A stretch of DNA of 32,000 nucleotides from Megasphaera elsdenii DSM 20460 (GTDB lineage: Bacteria > Bacillota > Negativicutes > Veillonellales > Megasphaeraceae): positions 270,001 to 302,000 of the forward strand of contig NZ_CP027570.1 of assembly GCF_003010495.1 (NCBI RefSeq), read 5' to 3'. Below, one piece after another: positions 27,488 through 32,000 of this stretch (the stretch's first letter is position 1; the number at the start of each line of letters is the position of its first letter). The notes beneath the pieces were generated by a model. The model did not search any database and was not told the DNA's origin. It saw nothing but the letters and a program-made list of their open reading frames with translations. Position numbers and translations under genes: made by a program.

Positions 27488-30400
27488 CTCCTTCTCCCCA
27501 GCGCAGGCGGATGAGCCGTTCGATATCGTTCTTGATGAACCGCGTCGGGTCCATGTTCTCATCGAACTTAACGCCGACGTCGATATCGGGGATGCGCGGG
27601 TACGTAATAACTTCGCCGAGCCGCTTCAGGGTCAGGCGCTTTTCAAACGTTTCCTGATAGACGTCCTGCAAGGTTTCCATGATGGACGCGGCGTTCTGCA
27701 GGCACGTCAGGGAATAGAGGTAATCGGCTTCGCTCTTCCCCTTGCCGATGAAGGCCGGCTTGACATAGGGAAGGACCAGGTTGATCGACGGGTTGCGGCC
27801 GTAACCGCTGTAGTTATGGGCATTGTCCAGGCTGTCGCCGCCGATGAAAGGATAGCAGTCCCTTTCATTGAGCCAGACTTCCAGGCTGGGCAGGAAATAA
27901 GCGCTTTCGGCACGGATGTTCTTTTCTTCCATCATATCCATGGCCTGACCGGTCATGACGCCGACCAGGACTTCTTTGATCTCTACGTCGTTCTGTTCCA
28001 GATAAGGCGTCAGCATGCGCATGCGATGGCCCTTGTGCAGGAGGTCGTCAATGAGGATGACCGGCCGGTTGAAGGACTTGATGGTCTTGACCTGGTTGTC
28101 GACGGACGAATAATGCTGACACTCTGCAATGGTAAAGCCCTTGACGGTGCGGTTGAAATACTTGTCGATATGGAGGCCCTTAGTGACCGTATTGGGCACG
28201 AGGACATCGCTCAGGGCCTTGCCGAAGGGGACCGACATGTACGGCCCGCGGCGCTTCTTCTTATCTTCGACGATGGAGACACCGTTGATTTCAGCCACCT
28301 TCTTGATGATCTTGTTGTAAAAGGCACTCATGTTGAACGACAAGATGAGCTGGCCCGGATAAATGTGGTTCATGACCGACAGTAAGTTGTTGTGAGCCTC
28401 ATAGATAGCCCGGCGGACGCGGGGATTCTTATTGAAGGGGTTCTTGATGGTCGTCTCGACGTCGCGGAAAATGACGATAGGCGACTTCATATTGACAGCA
28501 TAAATCGGCTGTTCCCCAGACGGAGCAATGTTGACGAAGCCCTGGCGGCGCAAAGCGTCGATGACGGTCGCTTCATAGCCGGCCGGATCGACGGGATGGT
28601 AGACGGCATAAGCGAAGTCGCGGGCAATGAGTTCCGTCAGGATTTCCGTAATGATGATCTGGCTGACGTTGGCAATGCCGGCCATATCATCGGCATAGAG
28701 GAAGCCGATGCAGGCAATGCCGCCGTCGGCCGCGTCGCGGATGTGGGAGGCAATGGCCGAGTCGTGAAATTCGCGCAGCAAATCGCGGGAGCCGACGCGA
28801 TGGACGGCGGCATAGGCGATCATCTTCCGTTCCTGACTGGCGTCGTCGATGTACAAGGTCCAGACGTAATCCTTTTCGACATAGCTGTCGACGGTTTCCG
28901 TATGGTAGCCCTTGTCCCAGAGGGCACTGCAAATGGGCCACAAGCTTTCGGCGCCGCGCGGCTTGAAGGAACCGATGCCGATTTCCCGGGCTTCCAGGAC
29001 GTGCTTATAGGCCGGTTCGCGCAGATAAAGGTTATTGTCGTAAATGAAATTCTGGGCCACGGCGTCGATGAGGTTGGAAATATCCCGGTTGAGGTCGATG
29101 TTCTCGCGTATCTTCGTCGAACTGATGTCTTCGTAGAATTTGTCCAGAGTCAGGCGGATGACCTTGCCCTGGATGCCGTAAGTCTTTTCCGGCTGGTCCG
29201 TTTCCGGGTTTTCCCGGGTCTCCCGGGCAAAGGCGATGTGGTTCACCGTATGGATCGAATCGGGAGTCGGCACGGCCCGGTAGGCCGAGGCATTCTCGAT
29301 GACGTCCGTCCCGACGGCGATGTACAGGTCCCGGCCGGCAAAGATTTCCTTGAGCTTCTTGATGTCCGCCGGATTGGCGATGTTGATGGGGATATCATCG
29401 GGGAAAGGATACATATTCTCTTCATCGGCGACGGACATATTCATGATCTTGCGGCGCATGAGCCGCGGCTGGGTATGCTTGGACCAGGAAAATTCATCGA
29501 GGGCCAGGTAAATATCGAAGCCCAGGTCGCGTATCTTGCAGGCCACGGCCTTATGGCCCAGGCTGAAGGGGTCGAAGGTCCCCGGATAGAAGCAGGGCTT
29601 GCGGCCCTTTTCGAAGGCAAAGGAACCGCAGGCAAATTCATGCTGGCTGATATAGCGGTAGATGTGGTTGAGCACGGCCGAATTGCTGTAGAAATCCAGG
29701 TTCTCTTCACTATTTTCATCGAGGAGGACCAGGAGCTTCTTATAGCAATGGCTGAACAAGAAATCCTTCCGCTCTTCCGGCATGATCGGGCTGTGGAAGA
29801 TGAATTTCCCCAAATCGCGGAAGGCGTCGCGGCTCAGCTCCTTATTGTAATGGGCGTAGGCCTTGATCATGATGTACAACAGCTGGCGCTGACGTTTGTC
29901 GTTGACTGCCGGGTCCTGGGAAAATTCCTTGGCAAATTCATCGAAATGTTCCAAAATGATGCCGACCGTCTGGACCATGGACGAAGCCAGGGGGATATTG
30001 ACATTGAGTATCTGCCCTTCGATGGTCTTGACAAATTCGTCAAATTCCCGCGGCGGCAGCTTGAGGATCATCTTGCCCAGAAACTCCGGCACGTACTTGG
30101 ATATCTGCGGGTCGCCGATTTCCAGGCCGTTGAACAGTTCCACCGTCAATTCATTCCGCTGGGCATAGGTCATGGTGGAAGCGATCTTGAGCAGGCTGTC
30201 GCCGGCGGCGCGGCGGACGAAAATGGATTCGCTGACCTTGAGGAGGTTGGTCAGATGCGTCCCCAGGTGCATGACGCTGCCGGCGTCGCTCTGGCCGTCG
30301 ATATAGCGCAGCATGAGTTCCAGGTTGGCCACCTTGACGACCCAATGGGTCCCCATCTTGAGGTCGACCAGGAAGAGATTGCCTTCCCGTTCAAAAAAGG

Positions 30401-32000
30401 CATCCCGCCCTTCGGGCAGGTCCATGACCGTCAGCAGGTCTTTATAATACAAATCGTCGGAATAGTCGGCGAAGACGTGGCGGGCACAGTTGAGGGCAGC
30501 GACGCGCAGGTTGAAGGAATCGCTTTTCCTCGCCGTTTCGACGAAAGGTGCCGCTGCCGCCATGAATCCGTCATCCAGATAAATCCGGTCCATATCGGCC
30601 AGGACCTTCAAGAGGATGATATACTCTTCTTCACTGTAGTTGCGCCGCTCGTAGTACGGCCCCATGATGGCCGTATAGCGGCAGCACTGGGACGGGGCGC
30701 AGCGCTGCAGAACGGCTGAGATGAATGTACTCAGGCAATAGCCGATCCACAATTTATGCTGTTCTGTGAAGCGGATGTCCGGACAGATGATGCGGTCCAG
30801 GTAGGTCGTAAACAAGGACAGGTTGGTCACGGATTTCGCCGGCAGGGAGACGCCTTCGGGCAGTTCCTTCGTATACGTATCGTTGAAGTTGGCAATGATG
30901 CGCCCCATGAGAGCGGCTGCCTGCAGGCGGATATCCCCTTCGCGGTGGGACAAGAGCTCGTAGAGGAACTTCAAGGTCATGAGTTTCTGATGTTCCGTCA
31001 TGTACGTCGAATATTCCTCGAAAATGCCGATATACGTGCGGACATTCTTCCACAGCCGTTCGCTTCGGGCCGCTTCGATGAGGTTGCCGAAATCGCTTTC
31101 ATCGCGGAAGATGCTCATGAGGCGGATATTGTGGTCGATGGCGGCATATTTGAGCTGGTCAATGACGTCGTTGCCTTCGAGGAGGACCTTTTCCCGATGG
31201 ACGGGCTGCGGCGGGTCGGCCGGCTGCCAGGCAAAGTCCGCCGGCAGTTCCGTGACGACGCCGTGTTCTTCCATAAAGGCTTCAAAATCCGCCAGTTTGG
31301 CATAGACTTTCTGGTAACGCTGGCGCTTGGCTTCATCGACATTATCCAGTTTGCCTAAGATGACATCGAAGGCTTCGGCCAGGGAATAGAAATGGACGAT
31401 TTCCTTGCCCTTATCATTGCGGCTGCTCTTGACGCGGAAGTCGGCATAGATGAGGAGCAGCGATTCGACGGACAAGTTTTCCAGCTCCAGGTCCCATACC
31501 GAATGGTTCGCCGCGATGTGACCGATAGCCGGCAGGCCCAGGCGGCGGCAGCACATGCCCGTATAATAATAATGTAAATAAGGGACGCGCTTTTCTTCAT
31601 TCTTCTTGCAGCCATATTTGCCGATATCGTGGCAGGCGGCGGCGCCGGAAATGAGGGCCACGTCGACGGGGATGCCGTTCCGGGCCAGCTGGCGGGCCGC
31701 ATAGACGGCGACGTAATGGACGCCGCCGACATGACCGAGCGTATTGAACGGCGTAATATCGATGCCGATGCGCATAAATTCATAAATATAATCATCAGTG
31801 GCCAGCATCCGCAGGCGGAGGTATTCCTTGATGTAGCCTTTACGGGCGATTTCTTCCGCTGGAATGAGTGGCATGTCCTTTTTCGGATCAAAAGGCAATA
31901 CGTTCCGTTCATAGTGATAGAGGCCGCGAAGGAGCTGCATAAAAATGAGGCAGCCCTGGCGATAGATATCCCCTTGGGCCCCGCGGCCTACAGCCGCTTC
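27471..32000 (-). CDS. Giant multidomain protein of at least 1489 aa: HD phosphohydrolase, HEAT-like helical repeats, NadD-type nucleotidyltransferase, possible GNAT-like region, type I phosphoribosyltransferase
   Basis: A single uninterrupted ORF. The reading frame stays open from the first ATG (31940) to the window edge (EAAVGRGAQGDIYRQGCLIF precedes the M), and there is no SD before 31940, so the true N-terminus may lie outside the window. Domain motifs are listed in the three sub-features and in the findings. Confidence 0.8.
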   Translation of the reverse strand, partial: EAAVGRGAQGDIYRQGCLIFMQLLRGLYHYERNVLPFDPKKDMPLIPAEEIARKGYIKEYLRLRMLATDDYIYEFMRIGIDITPFNTLGHVGGVHYVAVYAARQLARNGIPVDVALISGAAACHDIGKYGCKKNEEKRVPYLHYYYTGMCCRRLGLPAIGHIAANHSVWDLELENLSVESLLLIYADFRVKSSRNDKGKEIVHFYSLAEAFDVILGKLDNVDEAKRQRYQKVYAKLADFEAFMEEHGVVTELPADFAWQPADPPQPVHREKVLLEGNDVIDQLKYAAIDHNIRLMSIFRDESDFGNLIEAARSERLWKNVRTYIGIFEEYSTYMTEHQKLMTLKFLYELLSHREGDIRLQAAALMGRIIANFNDTYTKELPEGVSLPAKSVTNLSLFTTYLDRIICPDIRFTEQHKLWIGYCLSTFISAVLQRCAPSQCCRYTAIMGPYYERRNYSEEEYIILLKVLADMDRIYLDDGFMAAAAPFVETARKSDSFNLRVAALNCARHVFADYSDDLYYKDLLTVMDLPEGRDAFFEREGNLFLVDLKMGTHWVVKVANLELMLRYIDGQSDAGSVMHLGTHLTNLLKVSESIFVRRAAGDSLLKIASTMTYAQRNELTVELFNGLEIGDPQISKYVPEFLGKMILKLPPREFDEFVKTIEGQILNVNIPLASSMVQTVGIILEHFDEFAKEFSQDPAVNDKRQRQLLYIMIKAYAHYNKELSRDAFRDLGKFIFHSPIMPEERKDFLFSHCYKKLLVLLDENSEENLDFYSNSAVLNHIYRYISQHEFACGSFAFEKGRKPCFYPGTFDPFSLGHKAVACKIRDLGFDIYLALDEFSWSKHTQPRLMRRKIMNMSVADEENMYPFPDDIPINIANPADIKKLKEIFAGRDLYIAVGTDVIENASAYRAVPTPDSIHTVNHIAFARETRENPETDQPEKTYGIQGKVIRLTLDKFYEDISSTKIRENIDLNRDISNLIDAVAQNFIYDNNLYLREPAYKHVLEAREIGIGSFKPRGAESLWPICSALWDKGYHTETVDSYVEKDYVWTLYIDDASQERKMIAYAAVHRVGSRDLLREFHDSAIASHIRDAADGGIACIGFLYADDMAGIANVSQIIITEILTELIARDFAYAVYHPVDPAGYEATVIDALRRQGFVNIAPSGEQPIYAVNMKSPIVIFRDVETTIKNPFNKNPRVRRAIYEAHNNLLSVMNHIYPGQLILSFNMSAFYNKIIKKVAEINGVSIVEDKKKRRGPYMSVPFGKALSDVLVPNTVTKGLHIDKYFNRTVKGFTIAECQHYSSVDNQVKTIKSFNRPVILIDDLLHKGHRMRMLTPYLEQNDVEIKEVLVGVMTGQAMDMMEEKNIRAESAYFLPSLEVWLNERDCYPFIGGDSLDNAHNYSGYGRNPSINLVLPYVKPAFIGKGKSEADYLYSLTCLQNAASIMETLQDVYQETFEKRLTLKRLGEVITYPRIPDIDVGVKFDENMDPTRFIKNDIERLIRLRWGEGDEDFE
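27741..28238 (-). other. Type I phosphoribosyltransferase-fold region of the giant protein (residues about 1235-1400)
   Basis: A PRPP-loop-like string, NRPVILIDDLLHKGHRMRML, is followed by VEIKEVLVGVMTG. This parallels the PurF-type pattern (VVLVDDSIVRGTT...EVHVRISSP), but the loop after DD (LLHKGHR) is atypical. Confidence 0.6.
29100..29590 (-). other. Cytidylyltransferase-fold (NadD/NMNAT-like) nucleotidyltransferase region of the giant protein (residues about 783-947)
   Basis: CFYPGTFDPFSLGH (residues 783-796) is the GxFxPxHxGH motif with the first His replaced by Ser. ISSTKIR (residues 939-945) matches the ISSTxIR motif of nicotinate/nicotinamide-nucleotide adenylyltransferases. Confidence 0.7.
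31416..31763 (-). other. HD-domain region of the giant protein (residues about 60-175)
   Basis: The H...HD...H...D pattern is present: GHVGGVHYVAVYAARQL, AACHDIGKYG (HD at residues 104-105), HIAANHSVWD and LLIYADFRV. Confidence 0.7.

Noticed and set aside
28392-30719. 775-aa plus-strand ORF
   Set aside because: It is antisense to the giant minus-strand ORF, which carries HD, NTase and PRT motifs in register. Its composition is dominated by D/G/A/V/I, with no motif or SD. Other shorter overlapping ORFs in the track were rejected for the same reason.

Overview
This is a 32-kb chromosomal segment, GC-rich by eye (not computed), with 25 of the 27 CDS and the one tRNA on the minus strand. Many gene junctions overlap by 1-4 nt (ATGA or TGATG), and TTG/GTG starts are used. 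The gene content fits a Firmicutes genome, possibly Negativicutes or Megasphaera-like, but that taxon guess is low confidence.

Genes from left to right:
- Minus-strand oligopeptide ABC operon in the order oppB-oppC-oppD-oppF-oppA, followed by a partial LD-carboxypeptidase gene.
- Divergent MFS transporter (+).
- Soluble-looking two-gene fumarate reductase/succinate dehydrogenase-like pair (FeS subunit, then flavoprotein).
- Pyruvate carboxylase, tatC and a nitroreductase.
- Stand-alone tRNA-Leu(CAA).
- Alanine/glycine:cation symporter preceded by a tandem glycine riboswitch.
- Long operon guaB - GT26 (WecB/TagA/CpsF) - psd - pssA - membrane GT2 - surE - cdd.
- recG, then rpmB (+).
- Three-gene operon that reaches the right window edge: a giant (at least 1489 aa) multidomain protein, an LDH/MDH-like dehydrogenase, and a double flavodoxin-fold protein with a Cys cluster motif.

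No CRISPR array, IS element, integrase or prophage gene was recognised.

The best candidate for something undescribed is the giant-protein operon. That protein fuses an HD domain, HEAT-like repeats, a NadD-type nucleotidyltransferase, a possible GNAT-like region and a type I PRTase.

A second candidate is a family of composite intergenic elements. Each has a 7-nt-periodic repeat array that starts at a stop codon, followed by GC hairpins that share a stem sequence.

All homology calls come from motif recognition by eye. No database search was run.
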